From contig CAWCFT010000004.1 of the NCBI GenBank assembly GCA_963794945.1, positions 192,001 to 256,000 on the forward strand: a stretch of 64,000 bases of DNA. The letters run 5' to 3'. Under the pieces are notes generated by a model that saw only the letters and a list, made by a program, of their open reading frames with translations, was not told where the DNA came from and searched no databases. The DNA comes from Endomicrobiales bacterium. Lineage in GTDB: Bacteria > Elusimicrobiota > Endomicrobiia > Endomicrobiales > CAWCFT01. Position numbers and translations under genes: made by a program. This document shows positions 28,795-39,581 of the stretch, piece after piece; the first letter of the stretch is position 1, and every line of letters begins with the position of its first letter.

Positions 28795-29544
28795 ATGAAC
28801 AAAATATTTGGAAAACCCGAAGCCTTAAAACCAGCGTGCCACCTCTACTGCCCCGGCTGCGGCCACGGCGTAATTCACAGGCTTGTGGCTGAGGCGATAG
28901 ACGAGCTTGGCCTGCGCGAGAGAACAATAGCCGTCGCGCCGGTCGGCTGCGCAGTTTTCGCTTACGACTATTTCAATTTTGACGTTACCGAAGCTCCGCA
29001 CGGAAGGCCGCCTGCTGTTGCGACCGGCATAAAGAGGGTCATGCCCGACAAATTCGTGTTCACGTACCAGGGCGACGGCGACCTTGCTTCTATAGGTATG
29101 GCAGAAACACTGCACTGCGCCAACCGCGGTGAGAAAATAACCATTATTTTCGTCAATAACGCCAATTATGGTATGACCGGCGGCCAGATGGCCCCGACTA
29201 CCCTCATCGGGCAAAAGACGGCAACGAGCCCCTTCGGCAGGGACCCGGAACGTGAAGGCTACCCTCTGAAAATATGCGAATTGCTTTCCACTCTCGAAGG
29301 CGTTGAATACCTTGAGAGGGTCGCAGTCAATAACCCTAAAAATGTATTGAGCGCGAAAAGAGCGATAAAAAAAGCTTTCAAAAACCAGATAGACGGCAAG
29401 GGGTTCTCGCTTATCGAAGTTCTCTCCCAGTGCCCGGTAGACTGGGACAAAACCCCTGAGGATGCCGTTAAGTGGGTTGACGAAGTGTTTATGAAAACGT
29501 TCCCGCTGGGTGTTTACAAAGACAAAACGGCAATTAAAGATTGA
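28795..29544 (+). CDS. 2-oxoacid:ferredoxin oxidoreductase beta (TPP-binding) subunit
   Basis: YCPGCGHG, HGR, YQGDGDL, NNANYGMTGGQMAPTT. Confidence 0.93.
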   Translation: MNKIFGKPEALKPACHLYCPGCGHGVIHRLVAEAIDELGLRERTIAVAPVGCAVFAYDYFNFDVTEAPHGRPPAVATGIKRVMPDKFVFTYQGDGDLASIGMAETLHCANRGEKITIIFVNNANYGMTGGQMAPTTLIGQKTATSPFGRDPEREGYPLKICELLSTLEGVEYLERVAVNNPKNVLSAKRAIKKAFKNQIDGKGFSLIEVLSQCPVDWDKTPEDAVKWVDEVFMKTFPLGVYKDKTAIKD

Positions 29545-29607
29545 AAATTGAAGATTTGGAAAATTAATAGACGTGAATCTTGAATTTTCTAATCTTAAAT
29601 TTTCAAT
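29533..29607. repeat. Inverted heptamer arrays (ATTGAAR / YTTYAAT-like)
   Basis: ATTAAAG ATTGAAA ATTGAAG ... AATCTTG AATTTTC TAATCTT AAATTTT CAAT. Confidence 0.6.
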
Positions 29608-29619
29608 ATGGTGTTAACT

Positions 29620-30159
29620 ATGCAAACAGAGATAATAATTGCGGGGTTCGGCGGACAGGGCGTGCTCTTTGCTGGCATGCTGCTGGCCCAGGCGGCTGTT
29701 GAGGAGAACAAACAAACCACATGGTTCCCTTCCTACGGCGCCGAGATACGCGGCGGCACCGCAAACTCAACCGTGATAATATCGGACGATGAAATAGGTT
29801 CACCGGTGGTAGTCAACCCATCCGCCCTTATAATCCTAAACGAGCAGTCGCTTAACAAGTTCATGGGGAGGGCTGCTGAAGGTGCAGTTATCGTAGTGAA
29901 CTCCTCACTCTGCGGCAAGAACGCCGCAAAGACTGGCTCAACAGTCGTCTGCGTGCCGGCCTCCGAGATAGCGGACAAGCAGCTCGGCGACGGCAGGGTG
30001 ACAAACATGGTCATGATCGGGGCATACCTCAAGGCGAGCGGCGTCCTCAAGCTGCGAAGCGCGCAGGCCGCCTGCGAAAAAGCGCTGAAGGAAAAACCCA
30101 AGCTTATAGACGTTAACAAGAAGGCACTTGAACTAGGATTTAACTACGGAGATATATAA
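29620..30159 (+). CDS. 2-oxoacid:ferredoxin oxidoreductase gamma subunit
   Basis: AGFGGQGV, PSYGAEIRGGTA, NMVMIGA, NKKALELG. Confidence 0.93.
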   Translation: MQTEIIIAGFGGQGVLFAGMLLAQAAVEENKQTTWFPSYGAEIRGGTANSTVIISDDEIGSPVVVNPSALIILNEQSLNKFMGRAAEGAVIVVNSSLCGKNAAKTGSTVVCVPASEIADKQLGDGRVTNMVMIGAYLKASGVLKLRSAQAACEKALKEKPKLIDVNKKALELGFNYGDI

Positions 30160-30620
30160 TGAAGATAAGGCCCGCAAAAGTTACTGACGTAAAAACTATA
30201 CAATCCATAATCGCGCACTACGCCGAAAAGAAGGAAATGCTGCCGAGGTCGCTTAACGACATCTATGAGAACATCCAGGAGTATGTGGTATGCGAAGACA
30301 AGTCCAAGGTTGTCGGCTGCTGCGCCCTGCACGTCTCGTGGGAAGATTTAGCAGAGATAAAAGCGCTGGCCATAGCCCAGAACTATCAGGGCAAAGGCAT
30401 AGGCACTAAGCTTGTCAAGACTTGCCACAAGAAAGCGAACGATCTTGGCATAAAGAAGGCTTTCGCCCTGACCTTCAAGCCCCGGTTTTTTTTAAAACTC
30501 GGGTACACACAGATATCCAGAGAATCCCTGCCGCACAAGATATGGGGCGAATGCGTTAAATGCCCCCTCTTCCCTGACTGCGGAGAAGTGCCACTCATAC
30601 TGGACCTCAACGAAAAATAA
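30159..30620 (+). CDS. GNAT acetyltransferase (short ArgA-like amino-acid N-acetyltransferase)
   Basis: MLPRS, ALHVSWEDLAEIKALA, QGKGIG, LPHKIWGECVKCP. Confidence 0.85.
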   Translation: MKIRPAKVTDVKTIQSIIAHYAEKKEMLPRSLNDIYENIQEYVVCEDKSKVVGCCALHVSWEDLAEIKALAIAQNYQGKGIGTKLVKTCHKKANDLGIKKAFALTFKPRFFLKLGYTQISRESLPHKIWGECVKCPLFPDCGEVPLILDLNEK

Positions 30621-30678
30621 GAATTATCTTAGGTGGGAGATTGATAAGCGCGCGGCCTATGCGCGACCGGACTTCTAT

Positions 30679-31236
30679 CTATACTTGTGCTTCGCCGCCG
30701 GGTTTTTCCGTTTCTTTAATGAACGGCGAGAGGAAGAAGCTCTGAACTATTACGAACAGCAGCATAAAACCCATTATGCCGAACAACTTGAAATTTACCC
30801 ACGTGCCAGTGGGATATCTGTAAGCCACGAACAGGTTTAATCCTCCCAGAACAGCGAAAAATATACCCCACGCAGCGTTGAGCCTGGCCCAAACCACTTC
30901 AGGAAGGACGACCTGCTTTCCCAGCACGCCTTTCATAGTATTCTTGGCGAACAGGGCCTGCCCAAAAAGAATTATTGCGGCGAACACCCAGTATAGTATC
31001 GTCGGTTTCCATTTAATGAATATCTCCTTGTGCAGAAGGAGCGTCGAGCCGCCGAAAAGAAGTATTATGGCCAAGCTTATCCACATCATCTTTTCAACAT
31101 TGCGCGTTCGGACATAAGATATTATTATCTGCAGCATGCTTGCGACTATCGCCACACCTGTCGCAAAGTATATCCCCTTTATCTTAAACGCCACGAAAAA
31201 CAGTATGATCGGCAGCAGCTCGAACAACATTTTCAT
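30679..31236 (-). CDS. yciB: Inner-membrane septation protein A (YciB/IspZ)
   Basis: FIKWKPTILYW, WVNFKLFG. Confidence 0.93.
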   Translation of the reverse strand: MKMLFELLPIILFFVAFKIKGIYFATGVAIVASMLQIIISYVRTRNVEKMMWISLAIILLFGGSTLLLHKEIFIKWKPTILYWVFAAIILFGQALFAKNTMKGVLGKQVVLPEVVWARLNAAWGIFFAVLGGLNLFVAYRYPTGTWVNFKLFGIMGFMLLFVIVQSFFLSPFIKETEKPGGEAQV

Positions 31237-31276
31237 AGTCAGACTCCTCTATTAGTTACGACCAAAAGAAACGACC

Positions 31277-32932
31277 CTACGATCTTTTGTATATTCTGAT
31301 GACGGGGCATATGTACCTCCAATCATGTGGCGCGCTGCCGTCGATCATCTTTATCCCAAGAAATTCTGGATACCTCTCAAATGTCTTCACAAGCCGATAG
31401 TTACTGCCGCTCATTATATCGTTAAGCATAGGCAGCACCTCCGGATGCGGGAACTTATTATTAAGGCACAGCACCGGGTAATATTCGTAATCGCTTAGTA
31501 TAACGTAATCGGGATTTTCCTTTTTGAGGTTCTCGATCTTTTCCGTTAGCTGCACCATATCGTACTTTTTTAGTCCCTTCAAGACAGATTCATCTGACTT
31601 ATACCAATACTCGGCCATCACTATCGATGGATTCCAGAAATACATGTAGGGAACCCCTATTTTAGACCCCTCCGGGATGTTCTCTTCGATCCAATACGAT
31701 GCCTCATCTCTAACATCCGTTTTCGACATCAAATTAACGTGCGCATAAGAGTAGGCGAGCGTGTATACTGATATCAGTCCAACCGCAACCAATGAAATAA
31801 CTCTGTATCTTTGAATTGACATTACAAACCTCGCGCTGAGCACGCATAGCACCGGTATGAACGCTACCGACCATCTAGCGAGCCGCCAGGGAGAAGCCCC
31901 AAGAAGAGCCCAAAGAAGAATTAACACCGCTAATAAGAGAATATCGGTTTTCTCCCGCTTTATGAACGCGTAAATTACCGAGATCCCGGACAAGAGTAAA
32001 AATGGCATACCTAAAGTGTATTTGGGAGATACGCTCAAATAATATATCCAGCCCGGCATCGGCTCGAAACAATCCATTGTATTGATTCTTCCATCTATTA
32101 GAAGGTTCAAGTTAACTGAGGATCTCAACGCAGATACAATTGTTTCCGGATCTAAAACGCTATAAGGATTGCCCAGAATGAACCCGACAACTAACATAAA
32201 TAAATATAGGACAGTTTGCCTATTAGCAAATTTATCCACTTTAAATGGGCTGATTAATAAACCCGGGCGCATTATATATGCTATCAATGGAATTACTGCT
32301 AATGGGGCCGCGCTGTATTTAGTTGCTATAGTCAAGCCTGTTATGACGCCCGCAAGGATAAGGTACGCTGGGCTTGTTTTTGTCATGACCATAAATGATA
32401 GAAGAATTATTAAAGATATCTGAAAATTCAGAATGAGTTCTGTGCCCATATAATGTGACCAGACTACATGACCAGGTGCTATGGCGACAAAAAACGCGGC
32501 GAGCAGCCCAATTGATTCACTGTAAAATATTTTACCTATGAAAAATACAGTGATTATGGTTAACATTGAAAAAAAGACAGACATAGACCTTGCTGAAATA
32601 AACAACTTGGCAAGCTCTCTCATGTTATCTTTATAATAATTAAAAGAAACTGAACTCTTTGTGAACCCAAGCATTGACGTCATTTTTACCCACGCAGCCG
32701 TCATATACACCTGAAAAGTACCTCTTGAAGCAAGGTAATTCTTTATCCTAAAATCGTGTTTTTTAATGTCAAACTTTCTAATGGCATTAAAATTATCAGC
32801 TTCATCAGGATGATATGAATTTGCGTGGAAATATTTTGTTGATGTAAGGCCCCATTCAAGCCCGGTTATCCTGAGAACAGCGCCTGTCAAAAGTATCGCA
32901 ATGAGCAATAGGAATGTCGAAATTTTATTCAT
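31277..32932 (-). CDS. GT-C fold glycosyltransferase (ArnT/PMT_2, GT39/83-like)
   Basis: HPDE after TM1, ARSMSVFF, ATKY, about 11 TM helices and a C-terminal periplasmic domain. Confidence 0.85.
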   Translation of the reverse strand: MNKISTFLLLIAILLTGAVLRITGLEWGLTSTKYFHANSYHPDEADNFNAIRKFDIKKHDFRIKNYLASRGTFQVYMTAAWVKMTSMLGFTKSSVSFNYYKDNMRELAKLFISARSMSVFFSMLTIITVFFIGKIFYSESIGLLAAFFVAIAPGHVVWSHYMGTELILNFQISLIILLSFMVMTKTSPAYLILAGVITGLTIATKYSAAPLAVIPLIAYIMRPGLLISPFKVDKFANRQTVLYLFMLVVGFILGNPYSVLDPETIVSALRSSVNLNLLIDGRINTMDCFEPMPGWIYYLSVSPKYTLGMPFLLLSGISVIYAFIKREKTDILLLAVLILLWALLGASPWRLARWSVAFIPVLCVLSARFVMSIQRYRVISLVAVGLISVYTLAYSYAHVNLMSKTDVRDEASYWIEENIPEGSKIGVPYMYFWNPSIVMAEYWYKSDESVLKGLKKYDMVQLTEKIENLKKENPDYVILSDYEYYPVLCLNNKFPHPEVLPMLNDIMSGSNYRLVKTFERYPEFLGIKMIDGSAPHDWRYICPVIRIYKRS

Positions 32933-33561
32933 TATATTTTTCTACATTTTAAAACAGTATAAAGTGGGAATACAAAGCGGAAGATGTGTTGACACTCTAT
33001 ATAGAAGACTTTCTGGATACTGCTATAAATATCCGAATGTGATGACGGGTGCAATTCAGCCGGGTCATAACCGGCTAGACGAAAGAAAGTATCCATAGAC
33101 GCATTCTTATATGGATAACCTATATAGGCTGTCCCTTTTTCGTTTAATACTCTTCTAATTTCTGACACTGCCTTGTCAAGTTCTTTGATGTGTTCAAGTA
33201 CACTGACGCAGACCAGACAGTCGAACTTTCCATTCTCGTACGGCAGATCCAGGATCGAACCTTGCGCAAGACTGGCATTGACATTATTTTCTTTCAGTAT
33301 GCCACTTACGAGAGAAATGTTGTCTTTGATATCTATCCCAAAAAGCTCATCTGCCCTTCGCGAGAGCTCCGGCATAAATATCCCCGTCCCATAACCAAGC
33401 TCAAGGATTTTCTTGTACCTTTCGTTGCCCATTAGCGCCAGGATGGCCTTTAACCGTTCCAGATAGAATTCCTTTATTAAAGGATAATAATAGAAATTAA
33501 TCGGGATGTCCGAATCTTTAATCTGCGTCAAATATTTTTTAGCCAAAATATTTATTTTCAT
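32932..33561 (-). CDS. Class I SAM-dependent methyltransferase
   Basis: ILELGYGTG, LPYENGKFD, SVLEHI, EIRRVL. Confidence 0.9.
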   Translation of the reverse strand: MKINILAKKYLTQIKDSDIPINFYYYPLIKEFYLERLKAILALMGNERYKKILELGYGTGIFMPELSRRADELFGIDIKDNISLVSGILKENNVNASLAQGSILDLPYENGKFDCLVCVSVLEHIKELDKAVSEIRRVLNEKGTAYIGYPYKNASMDTFFRLAGYDPAELHPSSHSDIYSSIQKVFYIECQHIFRFVFPLYTVLKCRKI

Positions 33562-33564
33562 TTA

Positions 33565-34989
33565 TTATATCCAGCTTAAAAATTCTTTTACCATCTTAAA
33601 AAGGTTGAACAGTTCTTTAAGGCTTTTTATCTTCCTCAAAATCTGCCAGACCATCTTCGGTCTCGTATAGAACATCCTATATGCCTTGCTTCTCCATTTC
33701 ATTACCTCTTCTGCGCTTAGTTGCGGTGTGTCCATTACAGAATAATTTTGCTCAAAAAAAGCCCAATCATCGTTGATTATCCAACAATTTTGTTTTGCTT
33801 CTTCGTACAGTTGCGATCCCGGGAAAGGAACCGAACAATAAAACTGAACAAAATTAAACGGCAAATCCAGCGTAAGTTGTATAGTCTCCTTAATAGTTTC
33901 AACCGTTTCCCCGGGATAGCCAAGCACACAATGCCCTGTTACTTCTAACCCGGCTTTCTTTGATTCTATTACAGCGGCCCTGATCTGTTCAAGTCTCACG
34001 CCTTTGCCCATTTTATCCAGCAATGACTGATTCCCTGACTCTATGCCGTAACCTATCATCCAGCACCCGGCTTCTTTTAAACCCCTAAGCATTTGTGCAT
34101 CTACGTTGTCCACACGGCTGTTGCATACCCACGAAACATTAAGGTTTCTGCGTTTAATCTCTTCTATCACACTAATCGCAAATGCCTTGTTTATCGTAAA
34201 AGATTCACTCCAGAAAAGAAATTCCGAAATACCGAATTTATTTTTTACCCATGAAAGTTCATCAACAATGTTCTTTGCCGAACGAGTTCTTAATTTTTTT
34301 CCGTAATATGCGTTGTCCGCGCAGAATCTGCACGAGTACGGACACCCCCTGCTGGTCGCGATAAGAAGAAAAGGTTTATCTGTAAAGGGAAGTATATAGC
34401 GGTCTCTCTTGATCAGATGCCACGCTGGAAAAGGCAGAGTGTCCAGGTTTTCAAGGCCCGGCCTTGCGCTTTCATTGACTAGCTGTCCGTCCCTGAGATA
34501 GGATAATCCGTTTACGCCCGAGATATTATTTTGCTTCTTGCCATCAGCAACTACAGCCGCAAGTTCTTTAACCGTAATTTCCGGTTCACCCCTGATAACA
34601 AAATCAAGTCCGGGTTCCATCCTAAGGCATTCTTCAGGCAGCGAAGAAGGATGAATACCTATTGCGGCAGTAATTGTCGATGGCCAGCCTTTCTTGATAT
34701 TACGGCAGGTGGAAAGATCGCTTTTTATGGCGGGGGTAACAGCGTTAATCACAGCGATATCAGGCTTAAAACCGGCCACTAATTCTTCAAGTCCGTCATG
34801 GCTAATATTCTCAACTATACAATCAGATATCTTGACTTCCCAGCCTTCTTTTTCGAGCAACGATGCAATCAGTGCCAGCGATATTGGAGCCCAAACAGCT
34901 GTCCATGCGCCCTGCCGCTGCATGCACCTGCCCTCTCTTACAATATTAACTCCATCGGCTGCAGGAGGATTGATCAAATATGCTTTCAT
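33565..34989 (-). CDS. B12-binding-domain radical SAM protein
   Basis: YLINPP N-domain, GIHPS, RGEPE, SRGCPYSCRFC, GIESGNQ, PFPGS. Confidence 0.92.
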   Translation of the reverse strand: MKAYLINPPAADGVNIVREGRCMQRQGAWTAVWAPISLALIASLLEKEGWEVKISDCIVENISHDGLEELVAGFKPDIAVINAVTPAIKSDLSTCRNIKKGWPSTITAAIGIHPSSLPEECLRMEPGLDFVIRGEPEITVKELAAVVADGKKQNNISGVNGLSYLRDGQLVNESARPGLENLDTLPFPAWHLIKRDRYILPFTDKPFLLIATSRGCPYSCRFCADNAYYGKKLRTRSAKNIVDELSWVKNKFGISEFLFWSESFTINKAFAISVIEEIKRRNLNVSWVCNSRVDNVDAQMLRGLKEAGCWMIGYGIESGNQSLLDKMGKGVRLEQIRAAVIESKKAGLEVTGHCVLGYPGETVETIKETIQLTLDLPFNFVQFYCSVPFPGSQLYEEAKQNCWIINDDWAFFEQNYSVMDTPQLSAEEVMKWRSKAYRMFYTRPKMVWQILRKIKSLKELFNLFKMVKEFLSWI

Positions 34990-34991
34990 AG

Positions 34992-35670
34992 TTACAGGAT
35001 ATCTCTCATGAATTCCCAAATAAATTTCCAGCCCTGGCTGGTAGGGAGTTTTGAAACACCACCCTTGCGTTCATATTCATGGCTTGCGACCTCTTTGATC
35101 CTATAGCCTTTCTTGGCAGCTTTCAACACCATTTCCTGTTCGATGGTAAAATCCTTCGCTTTTAAATCCAGTTTAAGGGCAACTTCACGCTTTATGGCGC
35201 GAAAACCGTTTTCAACATCAGTAAGGTTGGTTTTCCATCGATAATTAATACCAAGAGTGATTAGACTAGAGCCGACCATTCTGATAAAATTGTTCCAAGT
35301 ACCGTGAAGCTCGTCAGATCCGCCCAAGTAACGCGATGCAACTACCATATCAGCTTTATTATTTACTATGGGGTCAACTAACTTTGGTATATCAGAACAT
35401 TCATGTGAGCCATCAGCATCAATAAAGACGAGTATTGAGCTGGTACTTTCTTCAATGGCTTGACGAAGCGCAGCTCCTTTGCCGCTGCCTTTCTGAATCA
35501 CAAGCTTCCACCCATTGTCAGCAATTATCCGTCTCGTATTATCGGTAGAATTGCCGTCAATAATCATAAACTGTTTAGTAACCAGCTCAACCGCTTTGCA
35601 AACATAGACTATTGTCTCGCTCTTCATTGTATGTTGGAACGATCACTTCGTAGTCATTATGTACCAACAT
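34992..35670 (-). CDS. GT2 glycosyltransferase (DPM1/polyprenyl-phosphate sugar synthase-like); frameshift near 35620
   Basis: MLVHNDYEVIVPTYNEE (SD GGAG) | IDGNSTDNT, GKGAA, FIDADGSH, TDVENGFRA, R-x-GGVSKL. Confidence 0.88.
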
Positions 35671-35762
35671 ATATTTCTCCAAGTATCGCGTGACTGCTAT
35701 CTCTAATACATATATATCAATGATATGGATATGCTTATACGCAATTAGAATCAATTAAAACT

Positions 35763-37859
35763 TTAGTTCTGAAGCTGGGAGAAGTCCAATATGCGCGAGA
35801 ACAGCCTTGTAGTGTACGACAAGAGGGCGAGGCGGTTGGCGCGCAGCGACGCATCTTCGTCCATAACCATTACTTTCTCGAAGAACGTGTCAACCGACGG
35901 CTTGAGACTGACTATTTTTGTCAGTGCTTTGAGGTAATCCCTCTTTTCAATAAGAGCAAGGACGTCGGATTCCATGTTTCTTACTTCGGCGTATAGGGCT
36001 TTTTCAGATTCTTCCTTAAAGAATTCTTCCCCGACTGATTCCGGCACCGCGACCTTGTTCTTCGCGGCCTGTTTGAGTATGTTCGACGCGCGCTTAAACG
36101 CCGCGGCGAGGCTTTCAAAATCTTTCATCGAGCGCATTTCCTTGAGGGCTTTCAGCCGTTCACCGGCATCGAGGACATCATTGAAACCGCTCGCGAGAAC
36201 TGAGCGGACCTCGTCGAATTTATATCCCTCTGTTTCCCAGAGGTTCTCAAGCCGGAGCTTTAGAAAATCCATTACGAGATCGGGTGTTTTGTCATTGGAT
36301 CTGACTTTATCCGGCAGAAGCGTGAACGCCTTATCAACCAGGGCCCGCAGAGTGACCGGCAGTTTTTTGTCAATTATAAGCCTCAATATTCCCGTACCCA
36401 TGCGCCGGAGGCCGTACGGGTCGGCCGAGCCTGAAGGAATGAGTCCTGCCGCAAAATCGCCCACAAGCGTGTCTGTCTTGTCGGCTATGGACAGGATTGT
36501 CCCAAGCTTTCCAGAAGGCAGTCCGCCTTCGGACGTAACGGGCATATAATGCTCTTCTATAGAGTCCGATATGCTTTTTGGTTCGCCGTCGTGAGAAGCA
36601 TATATCCTTCCCATGACTCCCTGTAGTTCCGGATACTCGTAAACCATGTCCGTGACAAGGTCTGCTTTCGAGAGCCTCGCAGCTCGCTCTATCTCCGTCA
36701 TGCCTGCAAAGAGCTCCGTTTTGCTCTCCAGCATGTTCGCGGCGTAAACAGCTATCTGCTCCATCCTTACGGCTTTTTCGAAAACAGTCCCGAGCGCTTC
36801 CTGGAACATGACTTTCTTGAGTTTCTCTGCTTTGGACTCGAGTGTGGTTTTTGTGTCTTTCGCAAAGAAAAATTCCGCGTCCATAAGGCGCGCGACAAGC
36901 ACCCGCTCGTAACCTTCCTTCACGACTTCCTGGTGCTCGGATATACCGTTGCGTATGCCTATGAAATTATTGGTCAACTTACCGTCCTGGTCTACGATAG
37001 CAAAGAATTTCTGTTTCTTCCGAAGACATGTCACGAGGACTTCCTTTGGAAGCTTGAGGAACTTCTCGTCAAAACGTCCAAGCACCGCTACCGGGTGCTC
37101 TACTAGGAAGTTGACTTCGTCTACCAGACCTTCGTCTTTGATAACCGTCCCCTTGGCCCGTTTTGCCGTCATTTCGATTATCCTGCACAGCACATCCCTA
37201 CGTTCGGCGGAATCGGCTATGACGCAGTTGTTCTTTAAAGCCGTAAGGTATTTTTCCGGCGCGAATATAACTATTTTTTTTGCGCTTGTGGCGTGCAGGC
37301 CTGTAGTGTAATTGGAAGACTTTACTCCCGCAACGTTAAACTTTACAACTTTCCACCCGTAAAGGGCTATTATAGTCCTCATGGGCCTGGCGAACCTGAA
37401 CTGCGACTCTTCCCAGGCCATGGTTTTAGGGAAATATAATTTTTTTATGATAGCAGGCAGTACCTGCGCGAGAATCTTCTCGGCCTTCTCGCCGGGTATT
37501 TTCTTTATAGCACAGAAATATTCACCCTTTTCCGTGGTCTTCACAGTGAGCTTTTCGACGGCAACACTGTGTTTGGAGGCAAAACCCGCTGCGGCCTGCG
37601 TAAAACTGCCGTCAGGCGACCTGCCGGCCTTGACTGAGGGGCCCAAAATCTCTTCCACTCTATCTGCGCTTTTATCATCAAGTTTCTCGGCGTAGATGGC
37701 GAGCCTTCTGGGCGTGGAATAGCATTTAACCGTCCCATATTTCAGGCCGCCCTGTTTCATTGCATCCTCAAAAAGCGCGTAAAGCTGTTTTACGGCCGGC
37801 TCAATGTAAGCGGCTGGAAGTTCTTCGGTACCGATCTCAAGCAGCATATTCTTTTGCAT
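35763..37859 (-). CDS. glyS: Glycine--tRNA ligase beta subunit
   Basis: LLEIGTEELP, TPRRLA, FARPMR, EYPELQG, GSADPYGLRR, NRLALL. Confidence 0.97.
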   Translation of the reverse strand: MQKNMLLEIGTEELPAAYIEPAVKQLYALFEDAMKQGGLKYGTVKCYSTPRRLAIYAEKLDDKSADRVEEILGPSVKAGRSPDGSFTQAAAGFASKHSVAVEKLTVKTTEKGEYFCAIKKIPGEKAEKILAQVLPAIIKKLYFPKTMAWEESQFRFARPMRTIIALYGWKVVKFNVAGVKSSNYTTGLHATSAKKIVIFAPEKYLTALKNNCVIADSAERRDVLCRIIEMTAKRAKGTVIKDEGLVDEVNFLVEHPVAVLGRFDEKFLKLPKEVLVTCLRKKQKFFAIVDQDGKLTNNFIGIRNGISEHQEVVKEGYERVLVARLMDAEFFFAKDTKTTLESKAEKLKKVMFQEALGTVFEKAVRMEQIAVYAANMLESKTELFAGMTEIERAARLSKADLVTDMVYEYPELQGVMGRIYASHDGEPKSISDSIEEHYMPVTSEGGLPSGKLGTILSIADKTDTLVGDFAAGLIPSGSADPYGLRRMGTGILRLIIDKKLPVTLRALVDKAFTLLPDKVRSNDKTPDLVMDFLKLRLENLWETEGYKFDEVRSVLASGFNDVLDAGERLKALKEMRSMKDFESLAAAFKRASNILKQAAKNKVAVPESVGEEFFKEESEKALYAEVRNMESDVLALIEKRDYLKALTKIVSLKPSVDTFFEKVMVMDEDASLRANRLALLSYTTRLFSRILDFSQLQN

Positions 37860-37866
37860 GGCCACC

Positions 37867-38715
37867 TTATTTATTAGCAATAGTGTTCAGGTACTGTTCA
37901 GCGACCTTTCGGGCAAGCGCCCTAACGCGCCCTATGTAAGCCGTGCGTTCTGTGACCGACACGGCGCCCCTCGCGTCAAGCAAATTAAAAAGATGCGAGC
38001 ATTTCATAACACCATCGTAAGCCGGCAGCACAAGCCCGCTTTCCAGGAGTCTCTTAGCGTCTCGCTCCCAATCCGAAAAATGCCTCTTTAGCATCTCCGT
38101 GTCGGCTTCTTCGAAATTGTACTTTGACCACTGTTTTTCGTCTTCAAGGTGCACATCGCCATACTTGACGTTGTCGGTCCAGACCAGGTCATAAACGTTG
38201 TCTTTTTTCTGTGAATACATCGCGAGGCGTTCCAAACCGTAAGTTATCTCAACCGAGATGGGGTTTAGGTCTATGCCGCCGACCTGCTGAAAATATGTGA
38301 ATTGTGTGGCTTCCATGCCGTCGATCCACACTTCCCAGCCGAGCCCCCAGGCCCCGAGCGTTGGCGACTCCCAATCGTCTTCGACAAAACGGATATCGTG
38401 ACGCTTGGGATCAAGGCCTATAGCCTTCAGGCTCGAAAGATAAAGCTGTTGGATATCGGACGGTGCGGGCTTGATTATGACTTGGTACTGATAGTAATGT
38501 TGGAGCCGGTTGGGGTTCTCTCCATAGCGTCCGTCAGCGGGCCTTCTGGAAGGCTCCACGTAGGCGACGGACCATGGCTTCTGACCCAGGCACCTCAGAA
38601 ATGTCGCAGGGTTAAAAGTCCCCGCTCCTTTTTCCAGGTCATAAGGCTGCCATATAAGGCACCCTTTTTTTGACCAGAATCTTTCGAGCGTCAATATTAT
38701 TTCCTGAAAAGTCAT
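37867..38715 (-). CDS. glyQ: Glycine--tRNA ligase alpha subunit
   Basis: [45 protein letters not shown]. Confidence 0.98.
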   Translation of the reverse strand: MTFQEIILTLERFWSKKGCLIWQPYDLEKGAGTFNPATFLRCLGQKPWSVAYVEPSRRPADGRYGENPNRLQHYYQYQVIIKPAPSDIQQLYLSSLKAIGLDPKRHDIRFVEDDWESPTLGAWGLGWEVWIDGMEATQFTYFQQVGGIDLNPISVEITYGLERLAMYSQKKDNVYDLVWTDNVKYGDVHLEDEKQWSKYNFEEADTEMLKRHFSDWERDAKRLLESGLVLPAYDGVMKCSHLFNLLDARGAVSVTERTAYIGRVRALARKVAEQYLNTIANK

Positions 38716-39413
38716 GCTGTAACCTCAACCATTTCTCTTGTCCTTCTGTCGCAGGCGTCGATCTTCCTGAAAAACTCTCTCGACGAAAGCGGCCGGGAAA
38801 GGTAGAGCTGGAGATAAGCATCCAGGTACCGTATCACACTCTCCTCGGACCTGCGCGAAAGCTCATATTTATTGTCAATGTCGTCGCCGCTTAAAGTGGA
38901 CAGATGTTTGATAGTATTGAGCTCGTTTTCCGGCATGGATACGTTCTCGTTTACTATATATTCGTAGAAATTATACCCTGACAGTTTCAGGAACCTTAGA
39001 ACGAAAGCCGTGTATATCCGCCATGGATTTTTTGCTCTGCCCAATAGTTCCCAGGTACGCGATAACAGTTCGTACTTTTTTGTGTTCTCGTAGTTAAAAG
39101 GCGTAAGCTGGTCGCAGATCTCGGCACAGTAAGATGCTATGGAAAAATTGCGCCAGTCTTTTCGGAGCGCTGCGTAGTTCTCGGTGATCTTCGCACCTGT
39201 GACTTTTGGGCGTACGGATTGGTGTTTCGCATAAACCATGAACTCGCTCTCCGTTACGGGCTCCGCTGCGGCGGAAAATTTCGCCTTTATCTTTTTGGCG
39301 CCCGGGACGACAGCCGTTATCTTGCCCCACTCGTAAGTGTAAAGCGTGACAAGTTTGTCCGCCTCAGCGGATACTCTCGAGCGCAGCACTAATCCTTTTA
39401 GCTGATAGTACAT
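38712..39413 (-). CDS. recO: DNA repair protein RecO
   Basis: GLVLR...[13 protein letters not shown]...GAKK OB-fold; [11 protein letters not shown]; position before glyQ. Confidence 0.9.
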   Translation of the reverse strand: MYYQLKGLVLRSRVSAEADKLVTLYTYEWGKITAVVPGAKKIKAKFSAAAEPVTESEFMVYAKHQSVRPKVTGAKITENYAALRKDWRNFSIASYCAEICDQLTPFNYENTKKYELLSRTWELLGRAKNPWRIYTAFVLRFLKLSGYNFYEYIVNENVSMPENELNTIKHLSTLSGDDIDNKYELSRRSEESVIRYLDAYLQLYLSRPLSSREFFRKIDACDRRTREMVEVTA

Positions 39414-39430
39414 AGTTTAGATTACAAATT

Positions 39431-39573
39431 GAAATCATTGAAAAATCCATCTAAATATTCCGTCTTTGCGAACCCGAAGGGTGAAGCAATCTCGTCTTCC
39501 GACGAAACAACAAGATTGCCGCGTCGCTTCGCTCCTCGCAAAGACACCTAAAATATGGTTTTTCAATAACCTC
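39431..39573. mobile_element. MITE-like unit with TTGAAAAA/TTTTTCAA TIRs around a GTCTTTGCG...CGCAAAGAC paired palindrome (39462-39545)
   Basis: GAAATCATTGAAAAATCCAT ... ATGGTTTTTCAATAACCTC. Confidence 0.7.
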
Positions 39574-39581
39574 TAGATTAC

